64,000 nt of DNA from Prorocentrum cordatum (taxonomy: Eukaryota): the NCBI GenBank assembly GCA_963575745.1, contig CAUYUJ010000039.1, positions 1 through 64,000 on the forward strand. The letters run 5' to 3'. The notes beneath the pieces were generated by a model. That model was given only the letters and a program-made list of their open reading frames with translations. It did no database searches and was not told where the DNA came from. Below, piece by piece: positions 28,271 to 42,254 of the stretch. The translations under genes and the position numbers were made by a program. Within the stretch, counting starts at the first letter, position 1. Every line of letters begins with the position of its first letter.

Positions 28271-29314
28271 ATGGGTGTGATGCCGTCCGCCGTGTTTTCT
28301 GTGTCTTTTCTGTTGTCCACAGGGGGTTGCTGCGCAACTGAGCTGAAGACCTACATGGCCCGGACGGACGGGTGGGTCATTGATTCGGCAAACGCACGCT
28401 CCTGCACTGCGATATGCAGCGAGGTCGGCAAGACGTGCACAGCTGCGAGCGAGACGATCATGACTGACGCCGCTGCGTCGGCAAGTGCCCTCAAGACCGC
28501 CCTCGGCAGCCAGTTCTCCACATTCTGCCCAGGTGGTGTCCAGGACACGAATCCCAGTGACGACGTGCCCTTTCTGTTTGCCCCGGGCAACTTCTGCGAG
28601 TACGGCCGCGGGAGCTACAGATCGAGGTGCGAGATTGCAGGTGAAAATTGGAAGGTGCGGCGGATCTGCTACTGCCAGGCAACGCCGGCGCCTTCGCCAG
28701 CGCCGACGCCAGCGCCTTCGCCAGCGCCGACGCCCGCACCATCGGCTTCGCCAACGCCAGCACCGACGCCCGCGACCCCCTCACCGACGCCTGCACCTAC
28801 GCAGGCGCCGACGCCTGCCCCTACGCCAGCCCGTACGCCTGCAGCGATTGCTGCTGCAGTCGGGGATCCTCACCTGGTAAATATACACGGGGAGCGTTTT
28901 GATCTCCTCAAAGATGGCAGGCACTTGCTGGTCGAGGTCCCACAGTTTGCAGCGGAGAGCGCGACGCTCCTGGCCGTCGCGGCCGTGGCACAGCGTTGTG
29001 GCGACGCATGCTCGGACGTTTACTTTGTATCCATTAATGTGACCGGCAAGTGGGCGGACGACGTGCGCGAGGGCGGCTTCCATTACACGGCCAAGCAGCC
29101 GCAGGCCCATCGAAAGGGAACGGGCTGGATGAGCTTCCACAGCATTAAATTGAAGACCGTATGGGGCCGTACTGGCGGAGGCATTCCCTACCTGAATATG
29201 TTTGTCAAGAACTTGGGCAAGTCGGGGTATCCAGTCGGTGGTTTGCTCGGCGGTGGGGACCATTCCTCCGTCACCAATCCCGATTTGCGCTGCAAGCGCT
29301 ACCTCGCATTTTAA
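28271..29314 (+). CDS. Retrogene copy 4: intact 347-aa secreted GDPH protein
   Basis: Intact ORF differing from copy 2 by a few substitutions. Confidence 0.9.
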   Translation: MGVMPSAVFSVSFLLSTGGCCATELKTYMARTDGWVIDSANARSCTAICSEVGKTCTAASETIMTDAAASASALKTALGSQFSTFCPGGVQDTNPSDDVPFLFAPGNFCEYGRGSYRSRCEIAGENWKVRRICYCQATPAPSPAPTPAPSPAPTPAPSASPTPAPTPATPSPTPAPTQAPTPAPTPARTPAAIAAAVGDPHLVNIHGERFDLLKDGRHLLVEVPQFAAESATLLAVAAVAQRCGDACSDVYFVSINVTGKWADDVREGGFHYTAKQPQAHRKGTGWMSFHSIKLKTVWGRTGGGIPYLNMFVKNLGKSGYPVGGLLGGGDHSSVTNPDLRCKRYLAF

Positions 29315-30762
29315 GCGGACTTAGGACTCAGGACTCAGGACAGAGAATTCGCGCGCGAGCCAAGCATGTCCATCTGTCGTTCAAGTGCCGTGTGGGAGAA
29401 ATAATGCTGGGGTTTTTAGTTGCGTGGCACTGCAGCCCAAGGTAGCAGCGCATTTTCACGCAGCAATGTCCAGCGAGCTGCAGCCCAAGGTAGCAGCTCA
29501 TGCACAGTGCTGGCCGCTGCATCCCCGGCACCTTCTGCTGAGAACACAAGCCATTGTGGCTCTTTCAGCGCAAGCACGCCATGAACGCTGTCTGCAGGCG
29601 TTTGGCCTCTGACACTCTCGGGCGTAAGCGGACTGCGTGCTTGAAAGGTGTGTGGGACTCATTTTGTCGCCTCGTCCTTGCGAGGTGTGAGAAGAAAAAA
29701 AGTCGTGGCCCTGCGCGGACTTCTCGGATCTGCGCTGGGCCCCTGGCGGGGCCAGCGCAGACCCCAGGAATCCGCGCGGACCTCCGACGGTTTATATGTT
29801 TCTGCCGTCGCAGAGCAGTCTCAGGAGGGGGGCGAGGCAGCGCCCACGGATCGGCGATGGGGGCCACTGGCTGCCCCGCCGAGGAACATCCGGCCTCTCT
29901 CTCTCGGGGGCCCGTCGCCGATCTGTCGACGATGCATCGCCGACCCCGGGTCGAGGTGTCCCCCCCCCCTCGGCCAGATCGCCCCGAGCGACCGCCAGGG
30001 AGCCGAGCGATGGCCCGAAAGCCAAGGGGGGAACGGCAGGCAGGCGGGGGGTTGGGCTCGGGGGGGGGGGGGACGCATCGACCCCCCGTCGCCCTTTGAT
30101 CGCCGTTCGGACGGATGTCTGGTCTGTGCAGCGTGCTTGAAGTTCGCGTTGCATCTTATGAGCGGGAACGCGCTGTCTTTGCAGGGTTTACGTGCATCCA
30201 CTTTTCTGTTTGCGCGCTGCCTTTTTCGTACATCGTTCTCCCTACTGACTCCCGCGACAAAGCGCCAATGACGACTGACATCTAGATGTATCGGCTAGTT
30301 TGCGCTGGCCACCTTTGACCCGATGCTGTCCTGGAGGGGGTGCGCTTCCCCCCCCCCCCCGCTCGACCGTTGTCGTGGCGGTTGATTCTGTCGCGGCCGC
30401 CATTTGGGGCTGCTCCTTGCCGCTGCCTCCAGGCATCCGACGTCGTGATTGATTATGTTGATACGTGGTCAGAGGTCTGGACCCCTTCACACGGCCGGTT
30501 TTTTGACGCGAACCGATTTGCCCCGCCCCAGGGCTCTCGAGGCGGACACGTGCCAACAAACGTTCCGTCTTGCTTCGTTCGTGCCGCGAGGGCGTCGGGG
30601 TCCTTGCCGCTGACCCTCGCTTCCCTGGCCACAGGCAGCTGCCGATCCTTCGACGGAGCCTCGCAGGCGATTCCTCGGAGCCCCCCACGAAAAATCAGGC
30701 CGTTCAGAAAAGAGTGCGAGATCAGGGGGGAACAACTCTGGTGGCTAGTTGGGCTCACCCCT

Positions 30763-31284
30763 AGTTGCCCCTATTTTCCCGGCATGTCTGGGCTCTGAAA
30801 CAGGGGTCAAATAACAAACTCAACCCCACGAGGGGACATGTTAAGACCCTTCCCCAGCTCCGCTGACCAGTAAGGGTGTTATGACTATATGTCTAGACAT
30901 AGATTTATATAGATACAGATGTACTACTCAAACTTACCCTTCCCCACGCCACGTTGGCTGGGGGTGTGCTCGACACAAAAATCGAATGGTTGAAATAGGA
31001 ACGGGTTTCCAGAAAGCTGGCGGCGGCCGCCGAGGGGTGGGTTCAAGAAATACCACAGGTGGGGTAAAGGCGAACGGCTTTCCCAGAGGTGGCGGCGGTC
31101 CCCAGGGTGGGTCCTTTCGTAAATCAGCACAGACTCCCCGATCCATGTTCGTCAGATGGACGCGATCGGGGAGACAACGACGACGACGACAACGAACTGA
31201 AGACGTCCCATGGGGGGCAATGCAAAGCCGGGCGACGTGGGGTAGTAGTAATCGGAAAAATGAATAAACATAGTCGAAGCAGGA

Positions 31285-31324
<40 letters not shown>

Positions 31325-31365
31325 CAGTAGCAGTAGTAGTAGTAGCAGTAGCAGTAGTAGTAGAC

Positions 31366-31421
<56 letters not shown>

Positions 31422-31428
31422 CGTAGTC

Positions 31429-31482
<54 letters not shown>

Positions 31483-31598
31483 CAGCAGCAGTAGTAGTTG
31501 TAGTAGTAGTAGTAGTAGTACTAGTAGTATAGTAATAGTAGTAGTAGTCGTAGTAGTAGTAGTCGTATCGTAGTAGCAGTAGTAATCGTAGTAGTAGT

Positions 31599-31652
<54 letters not shown>

Positions 31653-31673
31653 AGGTAGTTAGTAGTCGTAGTC

Positions 31674-31714
<41 letters not shown>

Positions 31715-31795
31715 TAGTAGTAGCAGTAGTAATAGTTAGTAGTTAGTAATAGTAGTATAATAGTAGTAATAGTAGTAGTAGTAGTCGTAGTAGTC

Positions 31796-31830
<35 letters not shown>

Positions 31831-31842
31831 CTAGTAGTTAGT

Positions 31843-31875
<33 letters not shown>

Positions 31876-32454
31876 AGTAGTAGTAGTAGTAGTAGTAGTT
31901 AGTAGTAGTAGTCGTGTAGTAGTCGTCGTAGTAGTAGTCGTGATAGTAGTCGCAGTAGTAGTAGTAGTAGTAGCAGTAGTAGTAGTAGTAGTAGCAGTGG
32001 TAGTAGTAGTGGTAGTAGTAGTATTACTACTACTACTACTAATAGTAGACGTGTACTAGAAGTAGAAACTGTAGCAGTAGTGGTCGTAGTAATAGTAGTA
32101 GTAGTAGTAGTGGTAGTAGGAGTAGTACTGAAGTTAGCAGTCGCAGTCGCCGTAGAACTGCTAGCAGTACTAGTAGGACAACTAATCGTGATAAAGCAGC
32201 AGCAGCAATAGTGATGGTCGTAGTAATCGTAGCAGTCGTAAGAGCAACAGTAGTAGCAGTAGCAGCTGCAGCAGCAGTAGTAATACGAACCATACGTCAG
32301 TAGTAGTAGTAGTAGTAGTAGCAGCAGTCGTAGTAGTAGTAGTAACAGTGATGGAAAAGCAGAAGAAGGAGCAGTAGTAGCACTCGTAGTAGTAGTAGTA
32401 GTAGCAGTAGTAGTCGTAGTACTAGTACTAGTAGTAGTAGTAGTAGTAGTAGTC

Positions 32455-32489
<35 letters not shown>

Positions 32490-32526
32490 CGTAGTAGTAG
32501 TAGTAGTAGTAGTAGCAGTAGTAGTC

Positions 32527-32566
<40 letters not shown>

Positions 32567-32971
32567 CAGTAGTAGTAGTAGTAGTAGTAATAGTTAGTAG
32601 TAGTAGTAGTAGTAGTAGTAGTAGCAGTAGTAGTAGTAGTAGTAGTCGTAGTCGTAGTAGTGGTAGTAGTACTGGTAGTAGTGGTAGCAGCAGTAGCAGT
32701 AGTAACAGTAGTAATAGTAGTAGCGGTCGTCGTAGAACTAGTAATGGTAGCAGTGCTAGTAATAGTAGTAGTCGTAGTAGTTGTAGTGGTGACATTCGTA
32801 GTCGTAGCCGTCGTCGTAGTAGTAGTAGTAGTCGTAGAATTAGAAATAGTAGTAGTAGTAGTAGTAGTACTAGTCATAATAGTAGTAGTAGTAGTAGTCG
32901 TAGTGGTAGTAGTAGTAGTAATAATAGTAGTAGTAATAGTAGTAGTAGTAGTAGTGGTAGTAGTAGTAGTC

Positions 32972-33037
<66 letters not shown>

Positions 33038-33544
33038 GAGTAGGAGTAGTAGTAGTAGTAGTAGTCGTAGTAGTAGTGGTAGTAGTAGTCGTGGCAGCAG
33101 TACTGCTAACCATCGTAGCAGTAATCGTAGTAGTAGTCATAGTAGTAGTAATAGTTGTAGTAGTAATAGTAGTGCGAACACTCGCAGTAGCTGTAATTGA
33201 AATAGTAGTAGTAGTAGTTGTTGTAGTAGTAGCAGTAGTAGTAGTCGTAGTAGTTGCAATCGTAGTAGTAGAAATATTCATGGCAATAGTGGTAGCTTTC
33301 GTGGTAGTGATAATAATAGTCGTAGTAGTACTAGCAGTACAGTAGTAGTAGCAGTCGTATTATTATTAGTAGTAATAGCAGTGGAAGTAGTAGTAGTAGC
33401 TGTAGTAGCTGTAGTAGTAGGAGTAGTAGTAGTAGTAGTAGTAGTAGCCGCCGTCGTAGTAGCGGTAGTAGTGGTGGTGGTAGGCGTAGTCGTTAGTAGT
33501 AGTAGTAGTAGCAGTAGTAGTAGTAGTAGTAGTAGTAGGTGTAG

Positions 33545-33580
<36 letters not shown>

Positions 33581-33612
33581 ATAGTAGTAGTAGTAGTAAT
33601 GGTGGTGGTAGC

Positions 33613-33653
<41 letters not shown>

Positions 33654-33986
33654 TAGTGGTAGTAGTGGTAATAGTAGTCGGAGCACTAATAGCAGTCGTC
33701 GTGGTAGGAGTTGTAGTAGTTGTAGTAGTAGTAGTAGTAGTCGTCGGTATCCTCGTCATAGTCGTGGAATCAGTCGTAGTTTTAGAACTCGTTGTAGCAG
33801 AAGAGGTAGGATTAAACATATTAGTAACAGTAGTATTTGAAGCCGTGGTAGTATGAGTAGTAGTAATAGTAGTGGTAGTAGTAGTAGTAGTAGTAGTCTT
33901 AGGAGTAGTAGTAACAGCAGTGGTGCCAACAGTAACAATAATAGTAGCAGCAGCAGTTCTCGTCGTTGTAGTAGTCGTAGCCGTCT

Positions 33987-34043
<57 letters not shown>

Positions 34044-34055
34044 AGTAGCGTAGTG

Positions 34056-34091
<36 letters not shown>

Positions 34092-34342
34092 ATAAGAGTA
34101 GTAGTATTATAGTAGTAATCGTATAGTGTTGGTAGTAGTAGTAGTAGTAGTAGTAGTAGTCGTAGTAGTAGTAGTAGTAGTAGTGTAGTTAGTAGTAGTA
34201 TAGTAGTATAGTAAGTATAGTGTAGTAGTAGTAGTAATATATAGTGTAGTGTAGTAGTAGTAGTCGTAGTCGTAGTCGTAGTCGTAATCGTAGTTAGTCG
34301 TAGTAGTGTAGTGTAGTGGTAGTGGTAGTGTAGTTAGTAGTC

Positions 34343-34382
<40 letters not shown>

Positions 34383-34383
34383 T

Positions 34384-34458
<75 letters not shown>

Positions 34459-34525
34459 TAGTAGTAAGAGTAGGAGGAGTAGTTGTTGTAGTAGGTGGTA
34501 GTAGTAGTAGGTGTTGTAGTAGGTG
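30763..34525 (+). repeat. Right inverted arm: ~0.5 kb unique segment plus degenerate (AGT)n tract
   Basis: Starts AGTTGCCCCTATTTTCCCGG, the reverse complement of 13778-13797. Outer end approximate. Confidence 0.88.
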
Positions 34526-34531
34526 TAGTGG

Positions 34532-35277
34532 TCGCCGACAGACTGGCGACAGGCCCCCGACAGCGAGTCCGCCCCGTCCTGGGCAGCATGGGCCATCAGC
34601 TTGGCTCGCCTTAAATACGGTAGAGGGAAACAATTGCTGAACACCCCCCTCCCCCCCAAACTCAATGTTGGCACGCGCGGGGGAGACTGCGGTCGAAGTG
34701 CATCTCATCAGACCCACCGCCAACTTTGAACAGGAGCGGGAGGCGTTGACGGATGAATGTGGCATGTGTTCGCTAATTTGTTCCGAGGCCTGTATGCCCG
34801 GTCCGCCTTCGAAGCGCCCTGGGCGTTCGTTCTTTGGCGTTTCTGCGTCGTTGTGCGTTTCCAGGCTTGAAGACGCACAACAAAAAATGCTTGGAAGCGC
34901 TGGAACAACGCATTAGTTGTTTAGCGTGTTTAGTTTTTTTGTGGAGACCTGAATACGCTAAAAACAGGATTTCCAAGACGCCGAGCTGAAAACGCTAAAA
35001 CAATTGCCCTGGGCATACAGGCCTCGGAACAAATTAGCGAACACATGCCACATTCATCCGTCAACGCCTCCCCCTCCTGTTCAAAGTTGGCGGTGGGTCT
35101 GATGAGATGCACTTCGACCGCAGTCTCCCCCGCGCGTGCCAACGTTGAGTTTGGGGGGGAAGGGGGTGTTCAGTAATTGTTTCCCTCTACCGTATTTAAG
35201 GCGAGCCAAGCTGATGGCCCACGCTGCCCAGGACGGGGCGGACTGCTGTCGGGGGCCTGTCGCCAGTCTGTCGGCGA
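34532..35277. repeat. 746-bp foldback, ~268-bp inverted arms
   Basis: 34532-34799 is the near-perfect reverse complement of 35011-35277. Confidence 0.9.
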
Positions 35278-35552
35278 GGCATCGCCGACTTCAGGTTGAG
35301 GTGTCCTCTGAGCGGGCCCCCCTCGAAGCTGCCCTGCATCCCCGGCAGAGGGTGCCGTCTCGGGTTGGTCGGGGGCGGAAGAGAGGGGGGTGATGACTAG
35401 GAGGGGGTGGATATCATGGCGGGGGCCATGATATTTCCCCAGATTTCATGGCGCCTCTTCTTGTTCCCCATATCCTAAGATGGGGTTCTTGTTATTACTT
35501 GGACGCCTCCTACTCCTCCTCCTTCCTCCTCTTTTCTCCTCCCCTCCTGTCG

Positions 35553-36420
35553 GACTTACTCATACTCACACTTGCTCATACTCAGACTTACTCATACACA
35601 GACTTACTCATACTCATATTTACTCATACTCAGACCTACTCATACTCAGACTTACTCACACTCAGACATACTCATACACAGACTTACTCATACACAGACT
35701 TACTCACACCCACACGTACTCATACACAGACTCACTCATACCAAGACTTACTCATACACAGTGGGCGCTGGAGAGCAGATTGTGAGGATGTCTCAGGCGG
35801 GGCGCTGGTTTCAGCACCCCTAAGGGGAGCCGCCAGGGGTGGTTGCACGGGCTCGTTCGCGGCCATTTTGTGGGGATGTCTCAGGCGGTTTGCTTGTTTC
35901 TGGGCTCAACATCCTTCGCTTGGAGAGCAGATTGTGAGGATGTCTCAGGCGGGGCGCTGGTTTCAGCACCCCTAAGGGGAGCCGCCAGGGGTGGTTGCAC
36001 GGGCTCGTTCGCGGCCATTTTGTGGGGATGTCTCAGGCGGTTTGCCTGTTTCTGGGCCCAACATCCTTCGCTTGGAGAGCAGATTGTGAGGATGTCTCAG
36101 GCGGGGCGCTGGTTTCAGCACCCCTAAGGGGAGCCGCCAGGGGTGGTTGCACGGGCTCGTTCGCGGCCATTTTGTGGGGATGTCTCAGGCGGTTTGCCTG
36201 TTTCTGTGCCCAACATCCTTCGCTTTCGGAGCAGATTTGGAGGATGTCTCGAGCGAGGCGCTCATTTCAGCACCCCTAAGGGGAGCCGCCAGGGGTGGTT
36301 GCACGGGCTCGTTCGCGGCCATTTTGTGGGGATGTCTCAGGCGGTTTGCTTGTTTCTGTGCCCAACATCCTTCGCTTTCGGAGCAGATTTGGAGGATGTC
36401 TCGAGCGAGGCGCTCATTTT
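35553..36420 (+). repeat. Minisatellites: 18-bp (CAGACTTACTCATACACA-like) then 152-bp units (~4.3 copies)
   Basis: Direct inspection; 152-bp period from ~35769. Confidence 0.9.
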
Positions 36421-37260
36421 CACCCCCCAGGTGGGCCAGATTTTGAGGATGTCTCGATCGGTTTGCTTGTTTTGGTGGCCAGGCTCGTGGGCGCAGATTC
36501 TTCTCAGGATGCCACAGGAGGCTCCAACAGGCTCCAGGAGGCCCCAGGAGACCACATGAGGTCCCAGGAGGCATCAGGAGGCCACAGAAAAACTCAAGAG
36601 GCCACAGGATGTCCAAGAGGCTCCAGGAGGCCCCAGGAAGCTCCAGAAGGAGTCAGGAAACCACAGGAGGCCCCAGGAGGCAACAGGAAGCGCCAGGAGG
36701 CCTCGGAAGGCAACAGGAGGCCCCGAGAGGCCCCAGGAGCAGGAGGCCTCAGAAGGCAACAGGAGTGGCTCCAATCCCATGTGTTTTACGTATGCTCCTA
36801 TCGATTGGTCCTCACCTGGAGCACGATTCTTTGATGTTCTACGTATGTTTCTATAGATGGTCCTTCTCCTGTGTACACAATCCTAAATGTTTTACTCATG
36901 TTCCTATGTATTGGGCCTCTCATGGGGCACGAGTCCTTGGTGTTTTACGCGTGTTCCTATAGATTGCCCTTCTCCTGTGGCTCTAATCCGCAATGTTTTA
37001 TGTACGTATGTTGCTATAATTGGCGCCTCTCCTGGGGCCCCCCCCCCCCCCTGAAAACCTTCCTAGGAGGTCCCAGGAGGTCCAAGAGGGCTCCTGGAGG
37101 ACCCCAGGAAGCCCCAGTAGGTTTGCAGGATGCCGCAGGAGGCCCCAGGCTCATGCACAGAGACGCGCAGTACTACTGAGGCTCATCACACTCCAATTCA
37201 TTCGCAGTTAGACTTGAGATCCAGACGTCACAACTGAAAGCCCGTTCAATATCGAAACGC

Positions 37261-37262
37261 TT

Positions 37263-37319
<57 letters not shown>

Positions 37320-37324
37320 CTTTT
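37261..37324 (-). other. ~60-nt poly(T) tract (poly(A) on minus strand)
   Basis: Direct inspection. Confidence 0.9.
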
Positions 37325-38098
37325 CTTGATCTTGAGCCTAGACATTCACGGCGGACAGGTCCATGCGAGTAGATGCACATATGGGGAGCTCCACGCAGTG
37401 AATAATTTCATTACGTCCCTGGCCCCCCCGCTGGGCCGCGCACATGCCGCCGGTCATGATTTGCACCCCCTCCTCTTGGACACCCCCCTCTTGGCCGCTC
37501 CCGATCTGAGCGGGCCCCCCTCAAAGCTGCCCTGCATCCCCGGCAGAGGGTGCCGTCCCGGGTTGGAGCTCTTCGCGCAGTGCCAGCCACGGGGGCGCGA
37601 AGAAACCCGCCCGTCGTGCGCCGCGGTCTTCGGCGGAGGGAGAGATACCCCGCTGCAGGCGACCCAGATTAGTACTTAGGTCGACCCTGCCAAATCAAGG
37701 GTACTCTTGTGTCCTGTGCATCGCGCGTCGTGTCCTCTGCAGCCCAGGGGCAAGGTATGCTTGCGTCCTGTGGTTTCCGCGGGTGTCGGTGGCTTGGCCC
37801 GCGGCGTTCTAGGCGCGTCGCGGCCTCGGCAGGATACCCTTGTGTCCTGTGGTTGTGGAGGCCGTGTTGCCGTCGGAAGAGCATTGTGTCCTGTCGCGTG
37901 TCCTGTGCGCAATGTTCTGCCTGTACCCATCCGTCGTCGCCACGGCCGAAATCGCCCCGAAACCTGGGTCAGGGCGCGCCCTGCGAGAGGAGCCGGGGCG
38001 TGGCCGTATCGGTCCGGTTGTCCCCCCATGGTCTGGGCCAGAGCGGCCAGCCTTCCCAGACATTTTTTTGTTGTCGCGGCTGCAGACGAAGGCGCCGA

Positions 38099-39198
38099 TT
38101 CCCAACCATCCTGTGGTGTCGGGTCTTCGTTTTGAAGAGACGTCGCCCCGCGTGCCTCCTCCTCTCCTCTCCTCCTCCCCCTCCTCCCCCCTCCCCCTCC
38201 TCCCCCCTCCCCTCACTCCTCCCTCCTCCCTGCGTTTCACCCACCCAGTACAGCGTTTCGTGGCCCCATAGGGAGCTCCACCGAAGGCGCCAGTGGCATC
38301 GTTCGAATGGCGGCCCCGCCCCATTTCGGCACACCCCTAACACGTTTCGTGGCCCCATAGGGAGCTCCACCGAAGGCCCCAGCGGCAGCGTTCGCATGGC
38401 GGCCCCGCCCCATTTTTGGTCGCCCACAATGCTTGCGCCCGTCACACGGATTTTTCGTGACTCGTCAATGGGGGCTCCACCACCGAAGAGCCCCAGGCAG
38501 GGTTCGCATGCGGCCCCGCCTCATTTTGGCGCACCCCTCACACGGTTTCGTGGCCCCATAGGGAGCTCTCAGCGAAGGCCCAGTGGCAGGGTCGCATTGC
38601 GCCACCCCTCCGCCCCGATCCTTGGCCCAACACGACCCCGCCACGTTTCGCGGCCCAGGCCATAGGGAAGTCTCCACCGAAGGCCCCCCATCGGTACCAG
38701 GGTTTCGACATGGCGGCCCGCCCCGTTGGGCGCAGCTCCCGAACACGGGTTCTGACCCCATAGGAGTAATCCACCGAAGGCCCCAGTGGCAGTGTTCGTC
38801 ATTGCGGCCAGCCGCCTCATTTTGGCGCACCCCTCACACGGTTCGTGGCCTCATAGGGAGCTCCACCGAGGGCGCCAGTGGCAGGGTTCGCATGGCGGCC
38901 CCGCCCCATTTTGGCGCACCCCTCACACGGTTCGCGGCCCCATAGGGAGCTCCACCGAAGGCCCCAGTGGCAGGGTTCGCATGGCGGCCACGCCCCGTTG
39001 TGGCGCAGCCCTCACACGGTTCGTGGCCCCATAGGGAGGTCCCCCGAAGGCCCCGGTGGCTGGGTTCGCATGGCGGCCCCGCCCCGTTGTGGCGCAGCCC
39101 TCACACGGTTCGTGGCCCCGTAGAGATTTCCTCTTGCTTCGTCCCACCTGCCCTGCGGTATTCACGTTTGCATATGGTTGGGTCCTTCGCCAGGATAA
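38099..39198 (-). mobile_element. 90-bp-satellite element, copy D (inverted) with 32-bp flanking direct repeat
   Basis: Reverse-complement termini. Flanks 38067-38098 and 39199-39230 match at 30 of 32 positions. Confidence 0.85.
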
Positions 39199-40107
39199 TT
39201 TGTTGTCGCGGCTGCGGGCGAAGGCGCCGACAGCGTCAGCAGAGTCAGCTCGGGCTACGAGTAGCCTAATTGCCGGCGCGCGCGCCGAACGGGCAAGACC
39301 CAGCGCCGAGGGAAGCAGCCGCGCCGGGGCTGAGCTGCGCCAGGGGAGAGGACTGCCAGCTGCGCCTTCCCAGGCATCCGAAGCTGTGATTTTCGTCACG
39401 GCGTGGCTCACCAGAGTCAGGAGGGAAAAAACACACAGACACAATTAATCGCCGGTTCCCCAGAAAATATAAGAAAATATGGGAAGTGGGGGGGAAGACA
39501 AAAACCCAGAAAATATATGAAAATATGGGGAATCCTTTTATTTGTGTGTATTTATTTGTGTGTCCCAGGGCCCATTCAAAATCTCGCGTATTGCGTCATG
39601 GAAGGGGGCGCTGCTCGAAGAAGACACGACGGCACAAACATTAGCTTTTGGCGCTCCGCGCGGATTTCTGGTCCGCGCCGGGCCCCTCTGGTGCCGCCCC
39701 TGGCGCGCTCCGCGCGCCAGGGAGGGGGGTGTCCAGCGCAGACCCCAGGAATCCGCTCGGGGCGCCAACGGTTTATGCTCATGCGGTTTTTTCTTCTTCT
39801 AGATGCATGCAGGGGGTGAAGAAAGGTGCACCTTCTGTGCACCTGAGGAACCGTACAGGGGCCCCGGGGCCCCAAAAAGGGTCGCCCCCCGATGAGGCAG
39901 AGCCCGGAAATCCGCCGTCGTGATTTGCGCCACGACGCCAGGACGTCAGGGTTCTCCCAGGGGGGTGGCGCGATGGCGCGTCCCGCATCGTGGGGCGCGG
40001 TGCGCAGCGTTGGGGGCCCCGCCATCCCGAGGGGGAGAGAGGATGAGAGAGGAAGAGGAAGGGGGAGGAGGAGGAGGAGGAGGAGGAGGAGGAGGAGGAG
40101 GAGGAGG

Positions 40108-40143
<36 letters not shown>

Positions 40144-40594
40144 AGGCAGGAGGAGACAGGAGGAGGAGGAGGAGGAGGAGGAGGAGGAGGAGGAGGAGGA
40201 GGAGGGAAATGAGGGGGAGAGGAGGAAGAGGAATAGAAGGAGGAGGAGGAGGACCAGTGTAAACCCAAGAATCATCAACGATGTTGGCATGCACCCTCCC
40301 TCCAAGCCCTCTTCGTAGACCCTTCTTCAGTCCCACTGAGGGAACTGCCTCGTTGGAAGACAACCGTTTGAATACCCTGTAATTAGCATGCTAAAGCATG
40401 ACTCTCGGGACTCCAACGCCACGGATCAACCTGATTGTTGCGTTTTGACGATCTTGAGTCGTGCCAGAACGCAGTCTTTGGGACTTCAACACCGCGAATC
40501 AACGGAACTGTTGCACCCTCATAATCTCGAATCTTTCCCAGAGGCAATTTCTTGTATGCTGACCCGCGAAACCCTGACAAGTCTCAAAACAATA

Positions 40595-40910
40595 ATGTGC
40601 GCGGCGCAAGACGAGAGCTACACTTCGAAAACGAACCGCCCTCAATCCGTGGAACTCTTGCAAGTTCTGAAAACGAACGCTCGCGGCGCTAAAGCGTGAG
40701 CTACATGTTGAAAACGAACCGCCGTCAAACCGTGAATCTCTTGCAAGGTTTACAACGAATGTGCGCGGCGCTAAGCCAGAGCCACCTTTTGAAAACGAAC
40801 CGCCCTCAATTCGTGCAACTCGTGGCAGATGTAAAGAACGAGTGTGCGCTGCGATAATGCGAGAGCCACATTTGCAAAACAGCTCGCCCCTCATTTGTGA
40901 AATTGCTGCC
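40595..40910 (+). repeat. Diverged ~82-bp tandem repeat, 4 units
   Basis: Recurrent GTGCGCGGCGC...GAAAACGAACCGCC. Confidence 0.75.
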
Positions 40911-41262
40911 AACTCATAAGCTTCAGGGTCATAAGTGGTGAGGACGTCTCAGGCAAAACGCCCCGCCCGCCCTTTCCACTGGCCTCGCGTGCGACATCGA
41001 GAAATGACTGATAAGGAAAGCGAATGGAAGAGGAAGAAGAGGAGGAGGAGGAGGAGGAGGAGGGGGAGGACTGAAAGTCTGAAAGTAGGAGGAGGAGGAG
41101 AGAGGAGAGAGGCGAGAAGAGAGAGGATATAGGAGAGGGAGAGGATATAGAGAGGGACACCTATATGAGGAGGGAGGGAAGAGGGGGATGAGGAGGGAAT
41201 AGGAGCAGGTGAGGGGTAGGAGGAGGGAGGAGGAGGGATGAGGAGGAGGGATGAGCGGAGAG

Positions 41263-42254
<992 letters not shown>

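Larger units (their letters stand above)
13855..30762 (+). repeat. Tandem segmental array, ~3 kb basic unit (4 gene-bearing units plus a partial fifth)
   Basis: Upstream region, gene and 3' region recur. Units 1 and 2 are ~5 kb because a satellite element is inserted; the fifth unit is cut at gggctcacccct (30762). Confidence 0.92.

Noticed and set aside
35099..35140. Hammerhead ribozyme (CTGATGA core) suggesting a Penelope-like repeat
   Set aside because: No GAAA after the putative stem II and no convincing stems I/III.
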